A stretch of 64,000 nucleotides of DNA, from positions 682,001-746,000 of the forward strand of contig OZ249436.1 of the NCBI GenBank assembly GCA_965235115.1. Reading direction: 5' to 3'. The notes under the pieces are model-generated. The model ran no database searches, was not told where the DNA came from, and saw nothing but the letters and a program-made list of their open reading frames with translations. This document shows positions 11,582 through 24,642 of the stretch, in pieces. Made by a program: the position numbers and the translations under genes. The first letter of the stretch is position 1, and every line of letters begins with the position of its first letter. This stretch comes from Laetmonice hystrix (lineage: Eukaryota).

Positions 11582-13104
11582 TGCACCAGTGATTAAGTAT
11601 TGGTGTCGAGGCTGATATTCTGTGTGTTACTGCACCAGTGATGAGTATTGGTGTCGAGGCTGATATTCTGTGTGTTACTGCACCAGTGATGAGTACATGT
11701 ATTGGTGTCGAGGCTGATATTCTGTGTGTTACTGCACCAGTGGTGAGTATTGGTGTCGAGGCTGATATTCTGTGTGTTACTGCACCAGTGATGAGTATTG
11801 GTGTCGAGGCTGATATTCTGTGTGTTACTGCACCGGTGATGAGTACATGTATTGGTGTCGAGGCTGATATTCCGTGTGTTACTGCACCAGTGATGAGTAC
11901 ATGTATTGGTGTCGAGGCTGATATTCTGTGTGTTACTGCACCAGTGATGAGTATTGGTGTCGAGGCTGATATTCCGTGTGTTACTGCACCAGTGATGAGT
12001 ACATGTATTGGTGTCGAGGCTGATATTCTGTGTGTTACTGCACCAGTGATGACTATTGGTGTCGAGGCTGATATTCCGTGTGTTACTGCACCAGTGATGA
12101 GTACATGTATTGGTGTCGAGGCTGATATTCCGTGTGTTACTGCACCAGTGATGAGTATTGGTGTCGAGGCTGATATTCTGTGTGTTACTGCACCAGTGAT
12201 GAGTATTGGTGTCGAGGCTGATATTCTGTGTGTTACTGCACCAGTGGTGAGTACATGTATTGGTGTCGAGGCTGATATTCTGTGTGTTACTGCACCAGTG
12301 ATGAGTACATGTATTGGTGTCGAGGCTGATATTCTGTGTGTTACTGCACCAGTGATGAGTACATGTATTGGTGTCGAGGCTGATATTCTGTGTGTTACTG
12401 CACCAGTGATGAGTACATGTATCGGTGTCGAGGCTGATATTCTGTGTGTTACTGCACCAGTGATGAGTATTGGTGTCGAGGCTGATATTCTGTGTGTTAC
12501 TGCACCAGTGATGAGTATTGGTGTCGAGGCTGATATTCTGTGTGTTACTGCACCAGTGATGAGTATTGGTGTCGAGGCTGATATTCTGTGTGTTGCTGCA
12601 CCAGTGATGAGTACATGTATTGGTGTCGAGGCTGATATTCCGTGTGTTACTGCACCAGTGATGAGTACGTGTATTGGTGTCGAGGCTGATATTCTGTGTG
12701 TTACTGCACCAGTGGTGAGTATTGGTGTCGAGGCTGATATTCTGTGTGTTACTGCACCAGTGATGAGTATTGGTGTCGAGGCTGATATTCTGTGTGTTAC
12801 TGCACCAGTGATGAGTATTGGTGTCGAGGCTGATATTCTGTGTGTTACTGCACCAGTGATGAGTATTGGTGTCGAGGCTGATATTCCGTGTGTTACTGCA
12901 CCAGTGATGAGTATTGGTGTCGAGGCTGATATTCTGTGTGTTACTGCACCAGTGATGAGTATTGGTGTCGAGGCTGATATTCTGTGTGTTACTGCACCAG
13001 TGATGAGTATTGGTGTCGAGGCTGATATTCCGTGTGTTACTGCACCAGTGATAAGTATTGGTGTCGAGGCTGATATTCTGTGTGTTACTGCACCAGTGAT
13101 GAGT
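11582..13104. repeat. Minisatellite, 48/54-bp units x~30
   Basis: tattggtgtcgaggctgatattctgtgtgttactgcaccagtgatgag with or without tacatg. Confidence 0.96.
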
Positions 13105-13405
13105 AAGTACGGGGAATGTTGTATGTGTTCAGTGTATGCATGTGAAAAAACCCTTTTCATTGGAGATATGAATGTTCTTCCAATGTCAGGTGTATCTGTA
13201 AAACCGTAAGAACAGTTCCAAGAATAGGAGGAAGGCCGGTTAAATCATCAGGCATTCATGTGTATTTGCCTTTTGTACATATTAGTTGATAAACTCTTTG
13301 AACTAATTGATGCCTTCTTGTGTGAACACATTTATGATATAGTTACCCATGAATATAGAGCTCCTCCGATCTCTGACACAGCTTACATTGACCAATATTA
13401 CATGC

Positions 13406-14463
13406 AGGAATGGGTACTATTTGTAATATAGAGCCCCTAGGATTTCATAGACGATTGGTATAACATACTGGAATGGGTACTGTTTGTAATATAGAGCCCC
13501 TAGGATTTCATAGACGATTGGTATTACATACTGGAATGGGTACTATTTGTAATATAGAGCCCCTAGGATTTCATAGACGATTGGTATTACATACTGGAAT
13601 GGGTACTATTTGTAATATAGAGCCCCTAGGATTTCATAGACGATTGGTATTACATACTGGAATGGGTACTGTTTGTAATATAGAGCCCCTAGGATTTCAT
13701 AGACGATTGGTATTACATACTGGAATGGGTACTATTTGTAATATAGAGCCCCTAGGATTTCATAGACGATTGGTATTACATACTGGAATGGGTACTATTT
13801 GTAATATAGAGCCCCTAGGATTTCATAGACGATTGGTATTACATACTGGAATGGGTACTATTTGTAATATAGAGCCCCTAGGATTTCATAGACGATTGGT
13901 ATTACATACTGGAATGGGTACTATTTGTAATATAGAGCCCCTAGGATTTCATAGACGATTGGTATTACATACTGGAATGGGTACTGTTTGTAATATAGGG
14001 CCCTAGGATGTCATAGACGATTGGTATTACATACTGGAATGGGTACTATTTGTAATATAGAGCCCCTAGGATTTCATAGACGATTGGTATTACATACTGG
14101 AATGGGTACTGTTTGTAATATAGAGCCCTAGGATGTCATAGACGATTGGTATTACATACTGGAATGGGTACTATTTGTAATATAGAGCCCCTAGGATGTC
14201 ATAGACGATTGGTATTACATACTGGAATGGGTACTGTTTGTAATATAGAGCCCCTAGGATTTCATAGACGATTGGTATTACATACTGGAATGGGTACTGT
14301 TTGTAATATAGAGCCCTAGGATGTCATAGACGATTGGTATTACATACTGGAATGGGTACTGTTTGTAATATAGAGCCCTAGGATGTCATAGACGATTGGT
14401 ATTACATACTGGAATGGGTACTGTTTGTAATATAGAGCCCTAGGATGTCATAGACGATTGGTA
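13406..14463. repeat. Minisatellite, 63-bp unit x~17
   Basis: ggaatgggtactatttgtaatatagagcccctaggatttcatagacgattggtattacatact repeated. Confidence 0.96.
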
Positions 14464-14466
14464 CTA

Positions 14467-14660
14467 CAGTGGAGTCCGGTTAGAACGAAGACGCTTATAA
14501 CGAATTCCCGCATATACACATATATAGCGAAGTCAGTCTCAGGAACGGAATCAGTCTCTGTTATGTTTAATATAATTTAGTCAGGATATAACGAATTTTC
14601 GCTTATAACGAAGGCCTTTCTAGCCCCAAAGTGACCAACTTCACGGCTATAGCCAAGTAT
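14467..14660. mobile_element. Probable end of a Tc1/mariner-type non-autonomous element (other end not found)
   Basis: ta|cagtggagtccggttagaacgaa with repeated ttataacgaa subterminal motifs; right boundary approximate. Confidence 0.45.
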
Positions 14661-15317
14661 GTCAAGTGGCAACTGACCCAAGACGGCAGGTGTGACCGCC
14701 GGGCGGGAGGGAATGGACACATGTCATTACGTAATGGGGGGGGGGGGGGAGGGTTACTGACTGCCTTGCCACAGGCCCATGTTTAGCTTGCCTACTGGGG
14801 GTGACTTGTGACGAAAAGAGCTACTTGTCGCCGACTTGGCCAAAAAGAAATGCCGACTTTTGTCACCTGGGGGCCATGGTCTGTAGGCCGAGGTCTACCT
14901 GTCTGAGAAGAGAAGCCACTTCAGTCTATATCTCACATTGGTATCCTGGAGGTATGAACCCCTATAGACCCTACTAAATAGACTCAACTCACCCCCCCCC
15001 CTCCCCGCACACACAGACCGCTGTTTTCTCCAGGCCTGGGAACAAGGTTTTTTTTCCACACTGCAGTAGTTTGGTTATGACACTAACTGGAGCAGAGCTT
15101 TGTTAGGCTTCCTCAGAACTGTGCTTTAGAGACTCGACGAGTAATTTTGTATCACGACTACGACACTGAGATATTATTTATCCTTTATTTTCCTCACAAA
15201 AACATGGTAACATTCATACAACCGTTGCTGTTCCTCAGAACACAACATGGATAGGTTTCACGTTAATATATATAATATATATATTATCTCATAACAAGAA
15301 ACGAGTTCTTGGTACAT

Positions 15318-15680
15318 GCTTTCATGCTAACAAAACATGAACTCTCTGCGAGTTCATGCTAGGCTTTCATGCTAACAAAACATGAACTCTCTGCGAGTTC
15401 ATGCGAGTTCATGCTAGGCTTTCATGCTAACAAAACATGAACTCTCTGCGAGTTCATGCTAGGCTTTCATGCTAACAAAACATGAACTCTCTGCGAGTTC
15501 ATGCTAGGCTTTCATGCTAACAAAACATGAACTCTCTGCGAGTTCATGCTAGGCTTTCATGCTAACAAAACATGAACTCTCTGCGAGTTCATGCTAGGCT
15601 TTCATGCTGACAAAACATGAACTCTCTGCGAGTTCATGCTAGGCTTTCATGCTAACAAAACATGAACTCTCTGCGAGTTC
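15318..15680. repeat. Minisatellite, 43-bp unit x~8 with internal hairpin
   Basis: gctttcatgctaacaaaacatgaactctctgcgagttcatgcta; catgaactc...gagttcatg inverted. Confidence 0.92.
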
Positions 15681-15744
15681 TGGCAGTCATATATAAACCA
15701 TTCAAACACCAGAATCACCCACACATACATGTTAAAATCATGCA

Positions 15745-16548
15745 ACAGGTGGTCACATGATCTACAGTCAGAACATTTGCTTTCTTCCGGTAAATCAGGG
15801 GTTACTTCACTATTTGTTTAAACTTTTTATATTATCATCGAGTTGTGAATTATTGCACGTAAAGCTCTGTTCTTACCAACAGGTGGTCACATGATCTACA
15901 GTCAGAACACTTGCTTTCTTCCGGTAAATCAAGGGTTACTTCAACATTTGTTTAAACTTTTTATATTATCATCGAGTTGTGAATTATTGCACGTAAAGCT
16001 CTGTTCTTACCAACAGGTGGTCACAGGATCTACAGTCAGAACACTTGCTTTCTTCCGGTAAATCAGGGGTTACTTCACTATTTGTTTAAACTTTTTATAT
16101 TATCATCGAGTTGTGAATTATTGCACGTAAAGCTCTGTTCTTACCAACAGGTGGTCACATGATCTACAGTCAGAACACTTGCTTTCTTCCGGTAAATCAA
16201 GGGTTACTTCAACATTTGTTTAAACTTTTTATATTATCATCGAGTTGTGAATTATTGCACGTAAAGCTCTGTTCTTACCAACAGGTGGTCACATGATCTA
16301 CAGTCAGAACACTTGCTTTCTTCCGGTAAATCAGGGGTTACGTCACCATTTGTTTAAACTTTTTATATTATCATCGAGTTGTGAATTATTGCACGTAAAG
16401 CTCTGTTCTTACCAACACGTGGTCACAGGATCTACAGTCAGAACACTTGCTTTCTTCTGGTAAATCAGGGGTTACTTTACCATTTGTTTAAACTTTTTAT
16501 ATTATCATCGAGTTGTGAATTATTGCACGTAAAGCTCTGTTCTTACCA
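15745..16548. repeat. Tandem repeat, 134-bp unit x6
   Basis: aacaggtggtcacatgatctacagtcagaac...ctctgttcttacc repeated. Confidence 0.93.
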
Positions 16549-17317
16549 GCAGAAGTTTTAAATCAATGTCCATCCAACAAATCAGCACCCAACTAATCAC
16601 TAATCAACTTTACACAAGTCACACTTTCCTCCACTGTCTGTTTGACCGGTTAAAGAGATAACGTCATCAACAAGACAAACACCCACGTCATCCACGTTAG
16701 TAGCAGTGCCAGTGAGCAGAGATTCTTTGCCAGTTAGCATCTAGGTTAAAAAAAATCAATAAGTCATCAATTCTGAAATTGCACATTTACTGATGTAACT
16801 AACACGTGTACATCATAGACTTCCGTATGCAAGCAGTGGAGTGCTACCATCTGATGTTATAATCCGGAAATCATGGCTCAAATACAATCACATCAAAATC
16901 AGAACCGTCATCACCTGGACAGGTAAGTGGTTTCTCTCCCTCCGTGGATTACAAATACACCCATTCGTATAGCATAAGGCCTAGGTGGAATATCTCTACG
17001 GTAAATATATGACGCACCTCCTAAAAACATTGATTCCGTCGGTCTCACCAACATCCTGTCTACATAGAGACAGTGACAGATACCGAGAACAGTTCTAGGA
17101 ATAGACGATATGGTGACCCTGTAGTAGGAACAACCTTCATATATAACATCTCCAAAATACTGATAAAAGTATCACTCCAGACTTGATAATAATCATGTAC
17201 ATTTCTATCTACTTGTATTCATCCTGAAATGTACACAGCGATTAGGTTACGGCGATTTCATTATGTACATGGATTCACTTTAAAAAAAACACACTCTTCA
17301 ACATCACTGGCACACAA

Positions 17318-17603
17318 TGCAACTTGTCAAGTTTCTCTTTGTGATTCAACATCACTGGCACACAGTTCATGCAACTTGTCAACTTTCCCTTTGTGATTCA
17401 ACATCACTGGCACACAGTTCATGCAACTTGTCAAGTTTCCCTTTGTGATTCAACATCACTGGCACACAGTTCATGCAACTTGTCAAGTTTCCCTTTGTGA
17501 TTCAACATCACTGGCACACAGTTCATGCAACTTGTCAAGTTTCCCTTTGTGATTCAACATCACTGGCACACAGTTCATACAACTTGTCAACTTTCCCTTT
17601 GTG
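17318..17603. repeat. Minisatellite, 52-bp unit x~5.5, just 3' of the CRLF3 stop
   Basis: ttcaacatcactggcacacagttcatgcaacttgtcaagtttccctttgtga repeated. Confidence 0.92.
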
Positions 17604-17638
17604 AAATAATTCTCTATGAAAGATCACGTTTGTAAGCA

Positions 17639-17925
17639 TCATTCCACGCCCAGTTTCCATCCAAGTGTAGTAAATTTCATAGCGAAGTAAAGGTTGACAG
17701 CGGTGCTGACCTGCCCCATTGCCATGCCGATGGCTGAGGGCAGCCCCTCATTGTTCTGCCCCACCTGATCTATGCTCCAATCAAATGTCACAATCTTCTC
17801 ATCCACCTCAATCGATACCCTGACCTTGCCAGACGTAAGAGTTTCTGTGTCGAAGGACAGGACAGAACCTCGCTTTAATGCCGGTAACTTTGTCAGTTTC
17901 TGCTGTCCATCAATGAACACGCGAC
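17639..17925 (-). CDS. CRLF3: CRLF3 terminal coding exon 7
   Basis: GRVFIDGQQKLTKLPALKRGSVLSFDTE...VTFDW...LYFAMKFTTLGWKLGVE*; matches the CRLF3 C-terminus; total 1413 nt = 470 aa. Confidence 0.92.
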
Positions 17926-17942
17926 CTGTAGAAAAAAAAAAA

Positions 17943-18519
17943 GAGATAATAAACGGAACTATAGAAAATCATCTTCATATAAACCTTTGATAGAATAACC
18001 AGAGATAATAAACGGAACTATAGAAAATCATGTTTATATAAACCTTTGATAGAATAACCAGAGATAATAAACGGAACTATAGAAAATCACGTTTATATAA
18101 ACCTTTGATAGAATAACCAGAGACAATAAACGGAACTATAGAAAATCATGTTTATATAAACCTTTGATAGAATAACCAGAGATAATAAACGGAACTATAG
18201 AAAATCATGTTTATATAAACCTTTGATAGAATAACCAGAGATAATAACGGAACTATAGAAAATCATGTTTATATAAACCTTTGATAGAATAACCAGAGAC
18301 AATAAACGGAACTATAGAAAATCACGTTCATATAAACCTTTGATAGAATAACCAGAGATAATAAACGGAACTATAGAAAATCATGTTCATATAAACCTTT
18401 GATAGAATAACCAGAGATAATAAACGGAACTATAGAAAATCATGTTTATATAAACCTTTGATAGAATAACCAGAGATAATAAACGGAACTATAGAAAATC
18501 ACGTTTATATAAACCTTTG
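17943..18519. repeat. Minisatellite, 59-bp unit x~10, abutting the pyrimidine tract of the last CRLF3 acceptor
   Basis: agagataataaacggaactatagaaaatcatgtttatataaacctttgatagaataacc repeated. Confidence 0.94.
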
Positions 18520-18675
18520 AGAATAGGTTCTTGGAACAAAAATGATCCTAAATTTTCTAGATATCATATAATTTTATCAAAATAGGATCACACATACCAT
18601 TTCTTCTTGCCCTCATTAGAAATCAAACGTGACTTTAAGGAAGATACTCATTCAAGTCTGACTACGAGTTCTTAC

Positions 18676-18957
18676 CATCTGCACCGACGAATATAACGCC
18701 AGGACCTAAAAGCGTTGGACAATTATCTACCACCGTCAATGCGACACCCTCTGTTGCTGGCTTTTCCTCCTCCTCTGTCTGCGTCGAGGCTCTCCGCAGA
18801 GTGGAGTTTGCCTCTAGCACCTTAAAGATAATCGACTGGCCACAGGTGTAGGCACTTCCTCTGGAGTAGAGAGTGGAGTTTTCTCTGTCGCTGGCCACAC
18901 GCTCGCTAATCTTGTTCTCATTACTGGTGAGAAAACCGGGTACATCTTCCTGCCACT
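18676..18957 (-). CDS. CRLF3: CRLF3 coding exon 6 (SPRY-like domain, start)
   Basis: EWQEDVPGF...TLYSRGSAYTCGQSIIFKV (cf. VLYSRAPTYFCGQTLTFRV); tacag acceptor, G|GTAAGA donor. Confidence 0.9.
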
Positions 18958-19032
18958 CTGTACAGAGAGACCGGAGGGAGGATAAATAACTGGGACGGAA
19001 CTCGTATTGTTAACATGTTCTGTCAACAGTCG

Positions 19033-19303
19033 AAATGTTACCTCGGATACAAGTAAATGTCACCTCGGATACAAGTAAATGTTACCTCGGATACAAGTAA
19101 ATGTTACCTCGGATACAAGTAAATGTTACCTCACATACAAGTAAATGTTACCTCGGATACAAGTAAATGTTACCTCGGATACAAGTAAATGTTACCTCGG
19201 ATACAAGTAAATGTTACCTCGGATACAAGTAAATGTTACCTCGGATACAAGTAAATGTTACCTCGGATACAAGTAAATGTTACCTCGGATACAAGTAAAT
19301 GAT
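19033..19303. repeat. Minisatellite, 22-bp unit x~12
   Basis: aaatgttacctcggatacaagt repeated. Confidence 0.93.
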
Positions 19304-19437
19304 ACCCTGTCAAATAGCTAGAAGCCTTTCAAACAATTTTCTCAATTGGGCAACAATTTCCTCTGAGGTACAACATTTCTCTTTTTATCACTATCGCAAT
19401 CTGATTATGTTCTAATAACAAAACAATGGTTGGTTAC

Positions 19438-19699
19438 CATAGTGATGCACTGTTGTCATGGCAGCCACTTTCTCACTCCAAGGACTCCAGACTACAGCGC
19501 CATCTGCCCGCCCCCTCACGCGAAACGTGTACGGCACCAGGGGGCGCAAATGTCTGAGAGTGAAGCTGGTGTTTGGTCCCACGTAGGCCTCCGTAAAGGT
19601 ATGAACAGTGCTGCCCGCTGCCTCATTCTCCTCACCATAGTGGTACTGGAGACAGAACTCCGTCATGTCAGCATGTTCTTGGCCGTCGTCATCCTCAAC
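19438..19699 (-). CDS. CRLF3: CRLF3 coding exon 5 (FN3 domain with WSxWS motif)
   Basis: VEDDD...YVGPNTSFTLRHLRPLVPYTFRVRGRADGAVVWSPWS; gtcag acceptor, G|GTAACC donor. Confidence 0.92.
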
Positions 19700-22600
19700 C
19701 TGACATACAGACAGAATATAACAGATAATTACACTACAAGTCAACCTACACTAGTGGTGCTCCTGCTGTCGGTCGTCATCCTCAACCTGACATACAGACA
19801 GAATATAACAAATAATAACACTACAAGTCAACCTACACTAGTGGTGCTCCTGCTGTCAGTCGTCATCCTCAACCTGACATACAGACAGAATATAACAAAT
19901 AATAACACTACAAGTCAACCTACACTAGTGGTGCTCCTGCTGTCAGTCGTCATCCTCAACCTGACATACAGACAGAATATAACAAATAATTACACTACAA
20001 GTCAACCTACACTAGTGGTGCTCCTGCTGTCAGTCGTCATCCTCAACCTGACATACAGACAGAATATAACAAATAATAACACTACAAGTCAACCTACACT
20101 AGTGGTGCTCCTGCTGTCAGTCGTCATCCTCAACCTGACATACAGACAGAATATAACAAATAATAACACTACAAGTCAACCTACACTAGTGGTGCTCCTG
20201 CTGTCAGTCGTCATCCTCAACCTGACATACAGACAGAATATAACAACACTACAAGTCAACCTACACTAGTGGTGCTCCTGCTGTCAGTCGTCATCCTCAA
20301 CCTGACATACAGACAGAATATAACAGATAATAACACTACAAGTCAACCTACACTAGTGGTGCTCCTGCTGTCGGTCGTCATCCTCAACCTGACATACAGA
20401 CAAAATATAACAAATAATTACACTATGAGTCAACCTACACTAGTGGTGCTCCTGCTGTCAGTCGTCATCCTCAACCTGACATACAGACAAAATATAACAA
20501 ATAACAAGCTTGTGAAGCTTATAGCCCCCACCACAAACTATGGATTCTTAAAAAAACGATGCACGACTTCAATTGATCTTTGAAGGGCAAAGGAAATATT
20601 GTCAAATGAAACTTGGTAAACTTAGTAAAGTTCTATGCAGTTATATGTACAGCTTGATGGCATTATCCGGCGTAAAGATGCATGTGTCTGCAATAACTAT
20701 GCAGTTATGTACAGTTTGATAGTGTTATCCGACATGAAGTGTTTTGTAGATATGCTTGACCTCGATTGACCTTTAGAGGTCAGTTATGTACAGTTTGATA
20801 GCGTTGTCTGGCGTGAACCAACTGATAGGGACAAATTATCTGTGGGTCCGGGAACTATGCGTACTTTTGGCACGCTTGTTGCCCCTCATGCCTTCTGTCA
20901 GCAAGAACGAAATCCAGAAAATTGTTAAAGAGTTATTGCTTCGAACTTCTTTAAATCCAAGATGGTCACCAAGCAGCCATTTTTAATGATATATTTGACC
21001 TGTGTCCTCCTTAGACTGTCCCTGGTTATTATGTAATGTTTCATGCAAGATTAGATGTTGTTAAATTTTCAACTGGTTTGGAGGTACAGGCCATTAAAAT
21101 ATGCATGACCTTGATTGACCTTTCAAGGTGGCTCAAGGTCATGGAAAATGGCGCCAAATGAAACTTCATATATGACTTCCTATCTATCAATAATAATAAC
21201 TGTTGCCTTATCTTGCACCGTTTTCGAGATATGAGCCAAAACAGTGTTATGGGGGGAGTAAAATATTAATATGGCCGCCATGTCGCCATATTTCCTCTGA
21301 TCTGGAAATACATTGGCATATACATTGCCCCTCATATACACCTTCTTTCCACCAAATTTGAAAGAAATCGGGATCGTTTTGTCTTGAGTTATTGCTCCAA
21401 ATGTGTTTACATCCAAGATGGCCACCACGCGGCCATTTTGACTGATGTCAAAAATATCTTTGACCTGCCTCATCCGTGGACTGTCCCGGATCATGATGTA
21501 ATGTTTCATGCAAGATTATGTCGTTATCTTTAACTGTTTTGAAGATCCAGGCTATTGCAAATATGCACGACCTTGATTGACCTTTCAAGGTCGCTCAAGG
21601 TCATCGAAAATGGCGCCAAATGAAACTTTATATATGACTTCCTATCTATCAATAATAGTAACTATTGCGTCATCTTGCACCGTTTTCGAGATATAAGCCA
21701 AAACAGTGTCATTGTCGGGGTCAAGAAACAAATATGGCCGCCATCTCGCCATTTTGGATCTGAATTGAAATTTTATTGTGATGAATATTGGCCCTCATTA
21801 TGCCTCATCTCTGCACCATGTTTGAAAGAAATCGTGATTGTTTTGGCTGAGTTATTGCTCAAAATGTGTTTTCATCCAAAATGGCCGCCAAGCGGCCATT
21901 TTGAATGATATCAAAAATCTGTTTGACGTGCATCATCCTCAGTTCATCCCTGATCCTTGTGTGAAGTTTCAAAGAAATCGACCCATACACTTCTGAGAAA
22001 TCGCTGTCTACGGACATACGGACGGACGGACGGCCGTACGGACGGACGGACGGAGGTCGAATTATAAGCCCCCCGTTGTGGGGGCTAATAACACTACAAG
22101 TCAACCTACACTAGTGGTGCTCCTGCTGTCAGTCGTCATCCTCCACCTGACATACAGACAGAATATAACAAACAATAACACTACAAGTCAACCTACACTA
22201 GTGGTGCTCCTGCTGTCAGTCGTCATCCTCCACCTGACATACAGACAAAATATAACAAATAATAACACTACAAGTCAACCTACACTAGTGGTGCTCCTGC
22301 TGTCAGTCGTCATCCTCAACCTGACATACAGACAGAATATAACAGATAATTACACTACAAGTCAACCTACACTAGTGGTGCTCCTGCTGTCAGTCGTCAT
22401 CCTCAACCTGACATACAGACAAAATATAACAAATAATAACACTACAAGTCAACCTACACTAGTGGTGCTCCTGCTGTCAGTCGTCATCCTCAACCTGACA
22501 TACAGACAGAATATAACAGATAATTACACTACAAGTCAACCTACACTAGTGGTGCTCCTGCTGTCAGTCGTCATCCTCAACCTGACATACAGACAGAATA

Positions 22601-24017
22601 TAACAAATAATAACACTACAAGTCAACCTACACTAGTGGTGCTCCTGCTGTCAGTCGTCATCCTCAACCTGACATACAGACAGAATATAACAACACTACA
22701 AGTCAACCTACACTAGTGGTGCTCCTGCTGTCAGTCGTCATCCTCAACCTGACATACAGACAAAATATAACAAATAATAACACTACAAGTCAACCTACAC
22801 TAGTGGTGCTCCTGCTGTCAGTCGTCATCCTCAACCTGACATACAGACAAAATATAACAAATAATAACACTACAAGTCAACCTACACTAGTGGTGCTCCT
22901 GCTGTCAGTCGTCATCCTCAACCTGACATACAGACAGAATATAACAGATAATTACACTACAAGTCAACCTACACTAGTGGTGCTCCTGCTGTCAGTCGTC
23001 ATCCTCAACCTGACATACAGACAGAATATAACAAATAATAACACTACAAGTCAACCTACACTAGTGGTGCTCCTGCTGTCAGTTGTCATCCTCAACCTGA
23101 CATACAGACAGAATATAACAGATAATTACACTACAATCAACCTACACTAGTGGTGCTCCTGCTGTCAGTCGTCATCCTCAACCTGACATACAGACAAAAT
23201 ATAACAAATAATTACACTACAAGTCAACCTACACTAGTGGTGCTCCTGCTGTCAGTCGTCATCCTCAACCTGACATACAGACAAAATATAACAAATAATA
23301 ACACTACAAGTCAACCTACACTAGTGGTGCTCCTGCTGTCAGTCGTCATCCTCAACCTGACATACAGACAGAATATAACAAATAATTAAACAAGTCAACC
23401 TACACTAGTGGTGCTCCTGCTGTCGGTCGTCATCCTCAACCTGACATACAGACAAAATATAACAAATAATAACACTACAAGTCAACCTACACTAGTGGTG
23501 CTCCTGCTGTCAGTCGTCATCCTCAACCTGACATACAGACAGGATGTAACAAATAATAACACTACAAGTCAACCTACACTAGTGGTGCTCCTGCTGTCGG
23601 TCGTCATCCTCAACCTGACATACAGACAGAATATAATAACACTAGAAGTCAACCTACACTAGTGGTGCTCCTGCTGTCAGTCGTCATCCTCAACCTGACA
23701 TACAGACAGAATATAACAGATAATAACACTACAAGTCAACCTACACTAGTGGTGCTCCTGCTGTCAGTCGTCATCCTCAACCTGACATACAGACAGAATA
23801 TAACAGATAATAACACTACAAGTCAATCTACACTAGTGGTGCTCCTGCTGTCAGTCGTCATCCTCAACCTGACATACAGACAGAATATAACAAATAATAA
23901 CACTACAAGTCAACCTACAGTAGTGGTGCTCCTGCTGTCAGTCGTCATCCTCAACCTGACATACAGACAAAATATAACAAATAATAACACTACAAGTTAA
24001 CCTACACTAGTGGTGCT
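19685..24017. repeat. Minisatellite, 87-bp unit x~30, containing the CRLF3 exon 5 acceptor, split by an insertion at ~20503-22088
   Basis: gtcgtcatcctcaacctgacatacagacagaatataac... identical to the exon/intron boundary at 19685-19740. Confidence 0.96.
20503..22088 (-). mobile_element. DINE-1/HINE-like non-autonomous Helentron
   Basis: On the minus strand: TTAGCCCCCAC subterminal repeat with nearby inverted copy GGGGGGCT, a (GTCC)n microsatellite, internal ~470-bp duplications, 3' GTGGGGGCTATAA plus AAGCTT-CAC-AAGCTT hairpin and CTTGTT end; inserted at TT with no clear TSD. Confidence 0.75.
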
Positions 24018-24191
24018 ATTTCACAATATTTATAATTTGGTTTTGAAAACAGCACATTCTGAGAGGTTCCTATGAAAAACCATTACTCTAACAATCACAT
24101 GAACATCTCAATAGGCAATGAAAGACTACAAAATTATTTTTCCAGCCATTATGGGCTTAAGTCCTAAAGTTTACTCTGTCCAATGACCCAC

Positions 24192-24369
24192 CTCTGACCA
24201 CTTGACCAGAAGGCTTCCTGGCCGCTCCTCAATGGTGGTGAGTTGTACAGGAGGTCTGGCCATGACGCGGCCATAGTCTGTGACATCAGTTAGTAGTTGC
24301 TGGGTGAGAACCTCGGGGACACTGACCAGTATAGAGGCGACATCTGACAGTGAGGGCACCTCGGGCAGG
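24192..24369 (-). CDS. CRLF3: CRLF3 coding exon 4
   Basis: SLPEVPSLSDVASILV...RPPVQLTTIEERPGSLLVKWSE matches CRLF3 (PPVQIEELIEKPGGIIVRW); cag acceptor, GAG|GTGGGT donor. Confidence 0.9.
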
Positions 24370-24642
24370 CTGCAGGTAGGATACGATTGGTGATGAGACA
24401 GAGTCATGGAGAAAACCCCCTAGAAAACGGATGTTGGTCGTACTTATAAAAGGTATACAGGACACGAGAAGTACAAGACCCTGTCGGAGTCACATCCCCC
24501 AACTGGGTTGGGACTAATTATCTTTGGGTCCAGGAACTATGTGTCCGTATCGATGTAGGGTAAATTAGATGCCCCCTGCCCCTTCAGGTTGGGAGCGAAA
24601 AACCATCTCCTAAAGATTTTCGATGAAAACCCAGTCCACTAA

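Noticed and set aside
11523..13209. 545-aa and 523-aa repetitive ORFs
   Set aside because: 48/54-bp tandem units (multiples of 3) open on both strands; no domain content
19033..19303. 22-bp repeat containing GAG|GTAAC on the minus strand
   Set aside because: Donor-like, but not derived from an adjacent exon junction; not counted among junction-seeded arrays
19430..24000. Plus-strand ORFs with periodic hydrophobic segments (VVLLLSVVILNL), resembling a multi-pass membrane protein
   Set aside because: Antisense translation of the 87-bp acceptor array in a CRLF3 intron
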